Assembly: GCA_965205505.1 (NCBI GenBank)
Contig: CBDBHB010000008.1
Coordinates: 320,001-384,000, forward strand
DNA length: 64,000 bases
Direction of reading: 5' to 3'
Source of the DNA: Acidobacteriota bacterium
GTDB lineage: Bacteria; Acidobacteriota; UBA890; WLXD01
Under the pieces are notes generated by a model that worked only from the letters and a program-made list of their open reading frames with translations, searched no databases and was not told where the DNA came from. Position 1 is the stretch's first letter, and each line of letters opens with the position of its first letter. Positions 51,074 to 62,690 of this stretch are shown piece by piece. The position numbers were made by a program, and so were the translations under genes.

Positions 51074-53170
51074 TCACCACATCTCGCGGAGCTTCGCGCC
51101 CACGTCTGCCACAACCCCTCCAACCGCCGCCACCTCGCCATCGTCGCTTCCGCCGCCAGGGGCGAGACGCTCGAACCGATCACGGGCCTCCACCGGCAGG
51201 AACCGGCTGATCGGCGCGTACACATGTCGGCCGCCGAGACGACGCTGATGAGTCACGTAGAAGCGCAACGGATGGATGAGGTGAAGCTCGCGCTCGGCCC
51301 GCGTCATCGCCACATAGAGCAGCCGTCGCTCCTCATCGATCTCCTCGGTCGTGCCGGTCGCCATGTCGGAGGGGATGCAGCCATCCACAACGTTGAGCAG
51401 GTGCACGCTGTCCCACTCCTGACCCTTGGCAGAGTGGATGGTCGAGAGGATCAGGTAGTCCTCGTCTAGATGCGGCGGCCCAGCATGATCGCCGCTTGCC
51501 TGCGGCGGGTCGATGATGAGCTCGGTAAGGAACCGCTCGCGGTTCGGATAACGGCCCGCGATGTGCTCGAGCTGCTCCAGGTCGCCGGCCCGGACTACCG
51601 GAGCCTCGTAGAGCGCTTCGAGGTAGGGCTCGTACCAGACACGAGCACGACCCAGGTCTCCCGGCCACTGCGCATCAGCACCCGCCAGCTCGATCAACAG
51701 CTCGAGGAGCGCGGCGAATTCCTGGCGGGCGGCGAGCGGAACCTGGCATTCGCGCAGCGCCTCCCATTCGCCGTTGGCGTCGTCGAGGGACTCGATCACA
51801 CGCTGGGCCGTCCCGGGGCCGACGCCCGACAGCAGCTGCAGCACGCGAAACGCCGCCGGGCTGTCGCGAGAGTTCTGCGCCCAGCGCAGCAGGGCGAGTA
51901 GATCCTTGATGTGGGCGGCCTCGAGGAACTTCAAGCCCCCGTACTTGACGAACGGGATGTTGCGGCGCGCCAGCTCCACTTCGAGCAGATCGCTGTGGTG
52001 CGAGGTACGAAACAGCACCGCTTGCCGTTTGAGCGGCACCCCCTCCTCGCGCGTCGCCAGGATCTCCTCGACTACATACTGCGCCTGGGCGTTCTCATCC
52101 TCGACGGCCACCAGGCGCGGCCGCTGGTCGGAGACCTTGCTGGTGAACAAGTCTTTGGTATAGAGCTCGGTCGCCTGCGCGATCACGACGTTGGCGGCCT
52201 CGAGAATCGGCTGGGTGGATCGATAGTTCTGCTCCAGGGTGACGACCCTGGCGGGCGGTTCGAAGCAAGCCGGAAAGTCGAGGATGTTACGTACTGAGGC
52301 GGCCCGAAACGCGTAGATGGCCTGCGCATCGTCGCCGACCACTGTGATGCCGTCGCGGCCTGGACGCAGCGCCAAGAGGATCTGCGCCTGCAGGCTATTG
52401 GTGTCCTGATACTCGTCGACCAGCACGTGGTCGAAAAGCTCTGCAACGTACCCGGCGAGCTCCTTTTCCTTCATCATGTACGCCCAGTACAGCAGCAGGT
52501 CGTCGTAGTCGAGAATAGCGCGCTCCTGCTTGAGCTCCACGTATGCCCGGAAGAGCTTGCGCAGCGACTCCTCCCACTCCGCGCACCAGGGGAAGTGTCG
52601 CCCGAGGACCTCGTCGAGCTGTTGTTCGCTGTTCACCGTTCGTGAGTACACCGACATGCAGGTGCCCTTGCGCGGGAAGCGCTTGGCCCGGTCCGACATG
52701 CCAAGCTGGTTGCGCACCAAGTTGAGTAGGTCCTCCGAGTCCGAGCGGTCCATCACCGTGAACGACTCGGACAGTCCTACCGCCGGCCCGAAACGGCGCA
52801 ACAACCGGCCGGCGACGGAATGGAACGTCCCGGCCCACTGCAGCGACATGGGCGTCGAGCGCATCGGACGACCCGAGACGTCGTTGCTCCGTACCGCAGC
52901 GACGACGATCCGCTCTGCCCTACGACGCATCTCCTGCGCCGCCCGGCGACTGAAGGTCAACAGCAGTACACGCCGTGGATCGGCCCCGCGAACGATGAGC
53001 TCGGCAACGCGGTGGGCGAGGGTCAAGGTCTTGCCGGCGCCGGCGCCGGCAATGATCAGCAATGGCGGCACGGCGCGCAGATCGTCATCCAGCCCATACA
53101 GAACCGCTCGTCGCTGCGCTTCGTTGAGGTTGTCCAGGTGCGACGACGGCGCGCTGCTCCCCTCCTCCAT
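51074..53170 (-). CDS. UvrD/Rep family ATP-dependent helicase
   Basis: AGAGAGKT, VDEYQD, VGDDAQAIY.FR, NYRS, TIHSAKG.EW and YVAMTRA motifs. Confidence 0.95.
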   Translation of the reverse strand: MEEGSSAPSSHLDNLNEAQRRAVLYGLDDDLRAVPPLLIIAGAGAGKTLTLAHRVAELIVRGADPRRVLLLTFSRRAAQEMRRRAERIVVAAVRSNDVSGRPMRSTPMSLQWAGTFHSVAGRLLRRFGPAVGLSESFTVMDRSDSEDLLNLVRNQLGMSDRAKRFPRKGTCMSVYSRTVNSEQQLDEVLGRHFPWCAEWEESLRKLFRAYVELKQERAILDYDDLLLYWAYMMKEKELAGYVAELFDHVLVDEYQDTNSLQAQILLALRPGRDGITVVGDDAQAIYAFRAASVRNILDFPACFEPPARVVTLEQNYRSTQPILEAANVVIAQATELYTKDLFTSKVSDQRPRLVAVEDENAQAQYVVEEILATREEGVPLKRQAVLFRTSHHSDLLEVELARRNIPFVKYGGLKFLEAAHIKDLLALLRWAQNSRDSPAAFRVLQLLSGVGPGTAQRVIESLDDANGEWEALRECQVPLAARQEFAALLELLIELAGADAQWPGDLGRARVWYEPYLEALYEAPVVRAGDLEQLEHIAGRYPNRERFLTELIIDPPQASGDHAGPPHLDEDYLILSTIHSAKGQEWDSVHLLNVVDGCIPSDMATGTTEEIDEERRLLYVAMTRAERELHLIHPLRFYVTHQRRLGGRHVYAPISRFLPVEARDRFERLAPGGGSDDGEVAAVGGVVADVGAKLREMW

Positions 53171-53285
53171 CCTGGCATGCTACAACACGCTCTGGCGGCA
53201 TCGTGGGGCGCTGGTTGCCAACCGACGGGGCATCGTCCCGCCCATGTCTGCATGGGCCCGTCGGCGGGTTGGAGGCCCGCACCAC

Positions 53286-54461
53286 ATGCCCGACAAGCAC
53301 GTCGGAGAGGCAACGTACGGAGACGCTGGCCTCTATCTCCACGCACCCTTCTGCACGCGCGTTTGTCCCTACTGCGATTTCGCCGTGCGCACCGGCAACG
53401 CACGCCGGCGCGCCCGCTTCGTCGACCACCTGATCGACGAGATGGAGCACTACCGCGAGTGGACCCGGGTGATCGACACGGTCTACGTGGGCGGTGGCAC
53501 GCCCTCGTGCATGGATCCCGCGCAGCTGGCGAGAGTGCTCGATTGCGCCAGCGTCCAGCTACCGATACGCGCAGATGCGATGTACACCCTCGAGGCCAAT
53601 CCAGAGGACGTCAGCGTCGAATCGGCCGCGGCCTGGCGCCATCTCGGGTTCGATACCCTCAACCTCGGCACGCAATCGTTCGACGACGACGAGCTCGCTT
53701 TCCTGGGCCGCAGCCACACCGCTGCCGACGCCGCCCGCTGTGTCGAGGTGGCCCTCGACGCGGGCTTTGAGTCGGTCTCGGTCGACCTTATCTTCGGCCT
53801 ACCTGATCAACGTCCCGATGTTTGGCGCTCCAATCTGCAACGAGCTGTGGCGCTCCGACCAGATCACCTCTCTTGCTACCAGCTGACCCTACACAAGGGC
53901 ACGCCACTGCATCGACGCTGGCGACGCGGCGAGTACCAGGAGCTGCCCGATGCGGATCAGGCCGAGCTCTACTTGCTGGCTCACGAGTTTCTCGCCGACG
54001 CCGGTTACCGTGCCTATGAGGTATCGAACTTTTCGCGCGCGCCGCGTCACGAATCGCGTCACAATCGCAAGTACTGGGGCCACGCGCCCTACCTCGGTCT
54101 GGGCCCCTCGGCCCACTCATTCAGCGGCGGTCGCAGCCGCTGGTGGAACCTGCGCCAGCTCAACGACTGGGAGCGCGCGATCGGCAACGGTAAGCGCCCG
54201 CTCCACGGATCGGAACGGCTGCGCCGCGAGGATCTTGCTCTGGAGGCGGTCATGTTGGGGCTGCGCACGCGCGCCGGGCTCGATTGCGATGCCGTTCAGG
54301 AACGCTGGGGGACCGACGTGTGGACGCCAAACGAGGTCACGTTTGAACGCTTCGTCACCGAAGACCTGGTTGTCGTAAGCGGCCGTTGCGTGCGCCCGAC
54401 GCCCCGCGGCCTGGCGGTCGCCGACTATCTGGCGCGCGACGTAACGATCCCGCCGGCCTGA
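53286..54461 (+). CDS. hemW: Radical SAM haem chaperone HemW
   Basis: LYLHAPFCTRVCPYCDF, GGGTPS, YEVSNF and HNRKYW motifs. Confidence 0.9.
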   Translation: MPDKHVGEATYGDAGLYLHAPFCTRVCPYCDFAVRTGNARRRARFVDHLIDEMEHYREWTRVIDTVYVGGGTPSCMDPAQLARVLDCASVQLPIRADAMYTLEANPEDVSVESAAAWRHLGFDTLNLGTQSFDDDELAFLGRSHTAADAARCVEVALDAGFESVSVDLIFGLPDQRPDVWRSNLQRAVALRPDHLSCYQLTLHKGTPLHRRWRRGEYQELPDADQAELYLLAHEFLADAGYRAYEVSNFSRAPRHESRHNRKYWGHAPYLGLGPSAHSFSGGRSRWWNLRQLNDWERAIGNGKRPLHGSERLRREDLALEAVMLGLRTRAGLDCDAVQERWGTDVWTPNEVTFERFVTEDLVVVSGRCVRPTPRGLAVADYLARDVTIPPA

Positions 54462-54466
54462 CTACG

Positions 54467-55789
54467 ATGTCCCGCATGCAAACCGGCCTGACCGGCCGCG
54501 AGATCGCCACCACATGGTGGCCACTGGCACTCAGCTGGCTCTTCATGGCGCTCGAGCTACCGGTGGTAAGTGCCGCGCTTGCACGCCTGCCAGAGGCGCA
54601 GATCCAGCTGGCCGCCTTTGGCGGCGTGGTGATGGCGTTGCTGCTGCTGGTCGAGTCCCCGATCATCATGCTGTTGGCTGCTTCCACGGCGCTGTCGCGC
54701 GACGGTGCCAGCTACCTGTCGCTGCGTAACTTCATGCACCGGTTGAGCGCCGGGCTCACGCTGGTGCAGCTCGTGCTGGCGACCACGCCTCTCTACGACT
54801 TAGTGGTGACGAGGTTGATCGCCGTCCCCGAAGCGGTGGTCGAGCCCGCCCGGATCGGCCTGCTGATCGCGGTGCCATGGACCTGGACGATCGCCTACCG
54901 CCGGTTCAACCAGGGAATCCTCATCCGGCACGGTGCCTCTCGCGCCGTTGGCGTGGGAACGCTGCTGCGGCTCATCGCCAATGTCGTAGTGCTGGGCGCG
55001 GGGCTCTGGCTCCACCGGGTTGCGCCGCAGCTCACCCCTTCGGGGGTGGCGCTCGGCAGCAGCGCGGTGCTCGCCGGAGTCGTTGCCGAGGCAACGTTCG
55101 TCCGCTGGCGGGTCACACCGATCATTCGGCGGCATTTCGACCTCGACTCCCCGGCCGGAGAGGGCATCGCGCTTGGCGAGCTCCTACGCTTCTATGTGCC
55201 GTTGGCGCTGACTTCGTTGCTGGCGCTGATCATGCAGCCGGTCGGCAGCGCCGCTGTGAGCCGCATGCCGCTGCCGCTGCCATCGCTGGCGGCCTGGCCA
55301 GTGGTCGTCGGAGTAGTGTTCGTACTGCGGAGCCCGGGCACGGCGTTCAAAGAGGTGGTCGTCGCGTTGCTGGATCGGCCCGACCCCGAACCGGCCCTCC
55401 GCCGGTTTGCCGTGTCGCTGGTATTGATCAGCTTGGGGCTGTCGCTGTTGGCGTTCACGCCGCTCAGCCACCTGCTCCTGGTACGTTTCTCCGCCCTTAC
55501 GCCGGAGCTCGCGACGCTGGCCGGTACCGGCCTCAAGATCGCCGTATTGCTTCCCGCCATGAGTGTGCTGCAGAACGCCTACGTCGGCGTGCTGGTGCAT
55601 CGGCGCCGGACCCGCCCGGTCACCGAATCGATGGTCGTTTTCCTGTCGATCTCGATCGCCGGTCTGATTCTCGGCGTGCTCCGGGGCGGGGCGCCGGGAA
55701 TCTATGTGGCATACGCAGCGTTCACCGCCGGGCACCTGGCACAGTTGTTCTGGGTTCGACGAGCGGTCGGTCGGACTGTGTCCGCGTGA
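54467..55789 (+). CDS. MATE-like (ANKH-like) membrane protein
   Basis: Two internal repeats WWPLALS and YVPLALTS; about 12 TM helices. Confidence 0.7.
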   Translation: MSRMQTGLTGREIATTWWPLALSWLFMALELPVVSAALARLPEAQIQLAAFGGVVMALLLLVESPIIMLLAASTALSRDGASYLSLRNFMHRLSAGLTLVQLVLATTPLYDLVVTRLIAVPEAVVEPARIGLLIAVPWTWTIAYRRFNQGILIRHGASRAVGVGTLLRLIANVVVLGAGLWLHRVAPQLTPSGVALGSSAVLAGVVAEATFVRWRVTPIIRRHFDLDSPAGEGIALGELLRFYVPLALTSLLALIMQPVGSAAVSRMPLPLPSLAAWPVVVGVVFVLRSPGTAFKEVVVALLDRPDPEPALRRFAVSLVLISLGLSLLAFTPLSHLLLVRFSALTPELATLAGTGLKIAVLLPAMSVLQNAYVGVLVHRRRTRPVTESMVVFLSISIAGLILGVLRGGAPGIYVAYAAFTAGHLAQLFWVRRAVGRTVSA

Positions 55790-55801
55790 CGTCGCCGCCT
55801 G

Positions 55802-57294
55802 CTAGCGAAACGCTCCGGCCTCCGTCTGAGCCACGCGCACCCCGCGCGGCTGCGGCGGCTTACCGCTGGCGACGAGCTGATCATACTCGCGCCCGATAGC
55901 GTAGGCCGCGTAGAGCCACGCCACGACCAGCACCATCACGACCGCCGAGAAGCCGCTGACCGTCAGACCGAGGGTAGTGCCGGCGAACACCAGTCCCGCG
56001 GCGAGCACGTCTCCGGCACGCTGGCTGAAGGAGTCCGTTACCTGTTTGGCTTTGTACTTCTGCTCGCGCGTGGTCGGCAGGAAGAGCATGGCGCGCAACG
56101 TGTTGTAGAGCGAGTAATCGGTGGCGTTCTCGAAGGTCTTGGTCCAGCGAACGACGGCCAGCGTCGGCACCATGGCGATCAACCCATAGGCGCCAAGCGA
56201 ATAGAGCGGCAGCAGCAGCAGGGCCCGGCGGAGCCCGACATACTTGATCACTCGCGAGGTAATGAAGAGCTGAATCAGCAGGCTCACCGTATTCATGACG
56301 GCGAAGAAACCAGCGTAATAGCTGCCAAGGTACTCGCCGACGGATAACTCGCCGCCGGCAGCAACGGCCGCCGTCGCCGCCTCCGAGAAGGTGCGGCTGA
56401 GGATGTAGCCGCCGAGCGTATTGACCCAATTGAGGAACAGGACCAGGACGCCGATGAGCAACAGATACCGGGTGCGCCACACGAGCTGGAACGCCGACAT
56501 GCCGCTGCCGGGCTGTTCGAAGTCCTCGACGACCTCGCCGCGCTCCTTGGCCTCGTAAAGTACCCTCTCGCGCTCGGCGAGCTCCTCGAGCTCCTCGATC
56601 GTCTTTGACGCCTGGAAGACGCCGGTCGCGGCGATCGTGGCCGTGGTCTTGATGTCGGGCACCCCCGCCTCGCGGATGCCGCGCTCGCGCGTATCGACAT
56701 AGTTGGTGATCAGCAGCCCGAAGAGCAATATCACCGCCGACATGATCATCGGGATGTAAAGGCCAAGGGGCTCGATCAGGCCCCCGACGAACGTCGCGCC
56801 AACCACCCCGCCGACCGACGCGCCGACGGCGACGATCGGGAACAGCCGCTCGCCCTCGTCGCGCATGTAGATGTCGTTGGCAAACGACCAGAACTGCGCC
56901 ACGATCATCACGTTGAAAATGCTGCCGAAAACGAAGAACGGTATGCCGATACTGAGGCCAGCCATACCGGCGACGGCGAACGCGACGAGCATTCCACCGA
57001 TGACCCAGGTGACAAGGCTGATCAGCCGGCGGCGCGGGAAGCGGTCGGCCATCCTGCCGTACACCGGAACGAGCACGGCCAGGACGGCGACGTTGGCGAC
57101 CTGCAGATAGGTGGGCATCTCCGGGCCCCACTCGGCCGTGACGATACCGTCCCGCATCGGTCGGATCATGTAGTAGGAGCCCAGGATGACGAAGACATTG
57201 CTGGCCAGCAGCACGGCGGTGAGCCCCTCGCCGGCGCGCACGTCGGTAAAGAGCCGTAGGAAGCGATCGAGCGCGCTGGCTGGTTACGGGCCAA
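55802..57294 (-). CDS. Npt1/Npt2 (TLC) family nucleotide-exchange-like transporter
   Basis: YYMIRPMRD, QFWSFANDIY..EGERLF, ENATDYSL and REQKYKAK motifs; probable TTG start at 57294 with an early frameshift. Confidence 0.8.
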
Positions 57295-57308
57295 GCGGCC
57301 CTCCCGCG

Positions 57309-58190
57309 TCAGCGGCCGAGGCGTCGCTGCCGCTGGCTGTAGGCGCGCAGCGCGCGGTACAGGTCGATGCGGCGGAACGCTGGCCAATACGTGTCGCTGA
57401 AGTAGAACTCCGAGTAGGCGCTCTGCCACAGCAGGAACCCGCTGAGCCTCACCTCGCCGCTGGTCCGCAGAATCAGGTCCGGCTCTGGCTGGCCCGACGT
57501 GTACAGGAAGCGCTCGATCGACGCATCGTCGAACTCGGCCGCCATCTGCGCGAGATCTCCGCCGCGTTCGGCCTGATCGCGCAGGTAGGCGCGGAACGCC
57601 TCGGTGATCTCCTGGCGTCCGCCGTAGGCCATTGCGATGTTGAGCTTGAATCGGTCGTAGTGGCGGGTGGCGTGCTCCACTTCCTCGATCACTGCCTGCA
57701 GGCTCTCGGGCAGCAGCTCTGTCTTGCCTATGTAACGAATCCGTATCTCGCTCTCGTGAACATCGGGGCTATCGATGAGCTCGCGGGTTCGCTCCTCGAA
57801 CAGGCGTAGCAGATCGGTGACCTCGGACTCGGCGCGATCAAAATTATCTAGCGAGAAACTCCAAACGCTGACCACCGGGATGCCCAACTCCTGGCACCAG
57901 CGCAACACGTCGCGCAGCTTCTCGGCGCCGCGCGCGTGTCCGAACAGTACGTGCCGGCGGCCAAAATCGCGCGCGAACCTGCGGTTGCCGTCCATGATGA
58001 TGCCGATGTGCCGGGGCAACCTCCAGGTGTGCGCCTCGGCCGCTAGACGGCGTTCGTACAGAGCATAGAAGGGGAGCTTGATGAGGTGTTTGGCGGCACG
58101 CCAGAGCCCCGGTATTGTGCCAACGACCGGGCCAACGAAGGATTCCTTAGGATCCGCGCTCGTTTCCGCGCGGCGGGTCGTCGATTCCAA
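57309..58190 (-). CDS. uppS: cis-Isoprenyl (undecaprenyl-type) diphosphate synthase
   Basis: HIGIIMDGNRR, FSLDNFDR, YGGR and RTSGEVRLSGFLLWQ motifs; start uncertain. Confidence 0.88.
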   Translation of the reverse strand: MESTTRRAETSADPKESFVGPVVGTIPGLWRAAKHLIKLPFYALYERRLAAEAHTWRLPRHIGIIMDGNRRFARDFGRRHVLFGHARGAEKLRDVLRWCQELGIPVVSVWSFSLDNFDRAESEVTDLLRLFEERTRELIDSPDVHESEIRIRYIGKTELLPESLQAVIEEVEHATRHYDRFKLNIAMAYGGRQEITEAFRAYLRDQAERGGDLAQMAAEFDDASIERFLYTSGQPEPDLILRTSGEVRLSGFLLWQSAYSEFYFSDTYWPAFRRIDLYRALRAYSQRQRRLGR

Positions 58191-58300
58191 AGCAGCAACG
58201 TCCTGGGAGGGCGTAGAGTTGCTTGAGGCTGGGAGCAGGCAACGCCGGAAGGGGCTGCAGCTCGACGAGATTGTACCGCAGCGCGGGCGCCTATCGTTGC

Positions 58301-58798
58301 TTACTCGACCGGGTAGTACCAAACCCGCCGGATACGGCCGTCGCGGATCTCGTAAACAGCAAGCGAAGCTTGCGAGACTTCCTCGCCACCTTGCATCCAG
58401 TACGCGCGCTCGCGTACCGCGGCGAAGCGCCCCACGCTGAGGCGCTCCTCGATCTCCGCCCGGGCGCTGGACACAGACGCAAAGTAGGGTTTCATCGAAC
58501 GACGAAACTCCTCGCGGCCACGCAGCTCCACGCGCGTCATGTCCGGATCGACCGCGAACCAGGCGAAATCCTCCGCAAGGTTGGCCACCATGGCGTTGAC
58601 GTCGTGGGCGTTGAACGCAGCCAGCTGCGCATCGATCACCGCGAACGGATCGATAGGATCGGTGGCCGGCTCCGCCTCTTGCCGGGCGGCTTCGGACTCA
58701 CGTTGCCGCCCGGCGTCCAGCGGCAAGACCGGCCACGCGACAGCTCCCGTCGCTACGAGACTCACCAGCACCCCAAGCGAAAGCGCGCGACGCATCAT
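58301..58798 (-). CDS. SnoaL/NTF2-like protein, secreted
   Basis: QLAAFNAHD..GREE..VYEIRDGRIRRVW; signal peptide. Confidence 0.8.
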   Translation of the reverse strand: MMRRALSLGVLVSLVATGAVAWPVLPLDAGRQRESEAARQEAEPATDPIDPFAVIDAQLAAFNAHDVNAMVANLAEDFAWFAVDPDMTRVELRGREEFRRSMKPYFASVSSARAEIEERLSVGRFAAVRERAYWMQGGEEVSQASLAVYEIRDGRIRRVWYYPVE

Positions 58799-59120
58799 GT
58801 CCTCCGTGGTGGAAGTGAGCATTGGCGCGCCGCGGCGGCCAGCCTTGCTACGTCGTTCCTCGTCAACGATGGGGTGACCATCGCTTCCTCCTTTCTCCTT
58901 GCCTCCGCCTCGCAAGCCCCCTGGCGCCAGACCCGCCACACTTCCTGCTAGTGCGGTCGGTCCGCTTAACGTACCCTGTTGCGACGTTGTTCACGCACCT
59001 CCCACGGGGGGCCGCACGCCAAGCGAAGCGGCGTGCTCCGAACCTCGGGGTGTACCCTCCGGCGCGCCCCCGATGCGGGCAGCGAGGGATCGTGCGTGTT
59101 CCCTACAAGGATCCGAGGCG

Positions 59121-60449
<1,329 letters not shown>

Positions 60450-60483
60450 CAAGCCGTGGTGGAAGTGTGGTGGGTCTGGCTCG

Positions 60484-61659
60484 CTACTGCCCGGCGGAGA
60501 CCGTCGAGCCGTTGATCGCCGACAGCAGCAGTTGATATCGCACAATCACGCTGCGGCCGGCGCGCTGCTCTACCCGGAATACGTGCTCGCCGCGATGCGC
60601 ATCCCACCCCTGGAACGACAGAATGCCGTTGACCACCAGCTCACCATCAGGGCTGTATACGTCCACCGGAAACTCGGTAGCATCGGCATCCACGACATAC
60701 GGAAAGACGAATAGCCGGCCCTGGTCATCGGTCTCGATGCCCGCCAGCGCCGGGAAGTAATCGGGCCAGATAGCATCCGCGTCCTCGGCCAGGTTGGCCG
60801 CCATCGTGCGCCCGACCCGCTCGGCCCGTCCGGTGGTCTTGGCCACCAGGTGCTCGGGAATCGGCTCGCGCGGCCAGGGCGCCTCCAGCACCCAGACAAC
60901 ATCGGCGTTGAGATCGAACGCGGCTACCTCGTAGATGGCGCTGGCGGTGGCATACACACGATCGCCTCCTACCACGAACGCCTCTTTCGGCCACAGGTGG
61001 ATGTCACCGGCGCGATCCTGCTCGGGCGCCTTGAATACGGTGAAGCGACCGACAACGCTGCCATCCTCGGCAACTAGACTCAGCACTCCGGTGGACAGCT
61101 CGCGGGCTACTGTCCGCTCATCACGAATCGGGTGTGGAAAGACGATCCCCGGCGCTGTCTCGACACCACGTAGATACGTACCATCGGACGCGAAAGTGGA
61201 CAGGCGGCCGGGCTCGGAAGGGTCAGGCGACAACTGCGCAATGACCAAGCCATCATGCCGAGCACCGATCGTCACCAGACTGCCCGGCGGTGTGGACTCC
61301 AGCACCACCTTGGCGCTTGTCCAGTCGCCCACGGCGATGCCTTGCGGTGTGAACGCCCCCAACCACACATCAGCGAGCGTATCGAACTTGAAGATTCTAC
61401 CCCCGGAGCCGACCGCGATGGCCAGCGCGTTGGGGAACTGCGGGTCTGCCGGAGCCACGTCGATCACCAGCTCCTCCACGGTGCCGACGCGAACGCGACC
61501 AGGACCCGCGGCCACCACCGCGACGCTGCGACGGGGGACGTCGTCGGCTACATAGAGAACAACCTCGTCCGCGCTCGTATCACCCGCTTCCGTGCCGCCA
61601 CAAGATATCAATAGTGCCCCAGAGGCAACTATCAACAGTATCAACCACTTATGTATCAA
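60484..61659 (-). CDS. 6-bladed beta-propeller-like lipoprotein
   Basis: LLISC lipobox; DDQGRLFV and VDVYSPDG blade-like motifs. Confidence 0.7.
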   Translation of the reverse strand: MIHKWLILLIVASGALLISCGGTEAGDTSADEVVLYVADDVPRRSVAVVAAGPGRVRVGTVEELVIDVAPADPQFPNALAIAVGSGGRIFKFDTLADVWLGAFTPQGIAVGDWTSAKVVLESTPPGSLVTIGARHDGLVIAQLSPDPSEPGRLSTFASDGTYLRGVETAPGIVFPHPIRDERTVARELSTGVLSLVAEDGSVVGRFTVFKAPEQDRAGDIHLWPKEAFVVGGDRVYATASAIYEVAAFDLNADVVWVLEAPWPREPIPEHLVAKTTGRAERVGRTMAANLAEDADAIWPDYFPALAGIETDDQGRLFVFPYVVDADATEFPVDVYSPDGELVVNGILSFQGWDAHRGEHVFRVEQRAGRSVIVRYQLLLSAINGSTVSAGQ

Positions 61660-61691
61660 GTATCCCCCTTACACCCAAGGGAATAGTTTAG

Positions 61692-61725
61692 CTAGCTCGT
61701 GGTGCTTACTAGCTCGTGGTGCTTA
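61692..61725. repeat. Perfect 17-bp tandem repeat
   Basis: ctagctcgtggtgctta x2. Confidence 0.9.
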
Positions 61726-61736
61726 AAGGAAGCCCG

Positions 61737-61781
61737 AAGAAAAGAAAGTGGGGGTACCCGATTGACAACCGGGCACCCCCC
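61737..61781 (-). terminator. Rho-independent terminator after the peptide gene
   Basis: Stem ggggtacccg/cgggcacccc followed on the minus strand by a U-rich tail (ctttcttttctt). Confidence 0.75.
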
Positions 61782-61820
61782 GTATGTTCAGCTCCGATTG
61801 CTCGGAGCACAGGTACCGCT

Positions 61821-61991
61821 CTAGCGGCACGATCTCCAGCAGCCCGAAACGGATCCGCCCATTGCGATGCAGGCTCTCATACACGAGCGCGGACCTGCCT
61901 CGGCCGGGGCGACGCTCAGCTGAAGTATGCCGAGAGCCATCACGGTGCCGAAGAGTAGCGTCGCTGCAATACGCAGCGTTCGCCTAGTCAT
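61821..61991 (-). CDS. Secreted Cys-rich peptide precursor (56 aa)
   Basis: Purine-rich RBS; Sec signal ending AEA; predicted mature GPRSCMRACIAMGGSVSGCWRSCR; own terminator. Confidence 0.75.
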   Translation of the reverse strand: MTRRTLRIAATLLFGTVMALGILQLSVAPAEAGPRSCMRACIAMGGSVSGCWRSCR

Positions 61992-62396
61992 CCTCTTTAC
62001 TCCGGGGAGAGGGACCCTCGATGGAGGGGCCCGATGAGGTTTGGAAGACTTCACAGGTGTTGGGTCATTCCCCCTTCGGCACAGCTATTCGGGGAGGTGA
62101 ACGGTCGCACGGTCTGATCACCACATCAGCTGCCCGCGGTTGTGCCTACCGCGGGAGCCTCGCAGCAACCAAGGTCTTCGCCGAGCGACCCGGACAAAGC
62201 GTTGTTCGTGGTCAGGTACTAACGGTCGATAAGATCGAGTAGAACATCGACATCGGCTTCTCTGAGCGCCCCAGACCAGACGCGTTCAACAACAGCGTCG
62301 GCTCCCACCAGAACCGTTATCGGCACTAGCGGGACTGGGCCTCCCCCGATTTCCCGGACACCTTTGGAAGTCCGATAATGGGCTCGGAGGTGAAGC

Positions 62397-62690
62397 ATGG
62401 GGTCACGACGGCGGTACAGTCGCGAGTTCAAGATTGAGGCAGTGAGGATGGTGACGCAGCTGGGCCATCCGGTGTCTGAGGTGGCCCGGGATCTGGGTGT
62501 TGGCCGCGGCATGTTGACCAAGTGGCGCAAACAGCTCCAGGAGCAGGGGGTCACGGCGTTTCCGGGCGCGGGGAAGATGCCCGACCAGGACCTGGACGGG
62601 CAACAGCTACGGCGGCACCTGCGGCGAGTACGGCAGGAGCGCGACATTCTAAAAAAAGCGTTGGCGATCTTCTCGGAACGCCCGCGATGA
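62397..62690 (+). CDS. IS3 transposase OrfA
   Basis: YSREFKIEAV HTH; ERDILKKA with an A7G -1 frameshift motif at 62651-62658. Confidence 0.92.
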   Translation: MGSRRRYSREFKIEAVRMVTQLGHPVSEVARDLGVGRGMLTKWRKQLQEQGVTAFPGAGKMPDQDLDGQQLRRHLRRVRQERDILKKALAIFSERPR

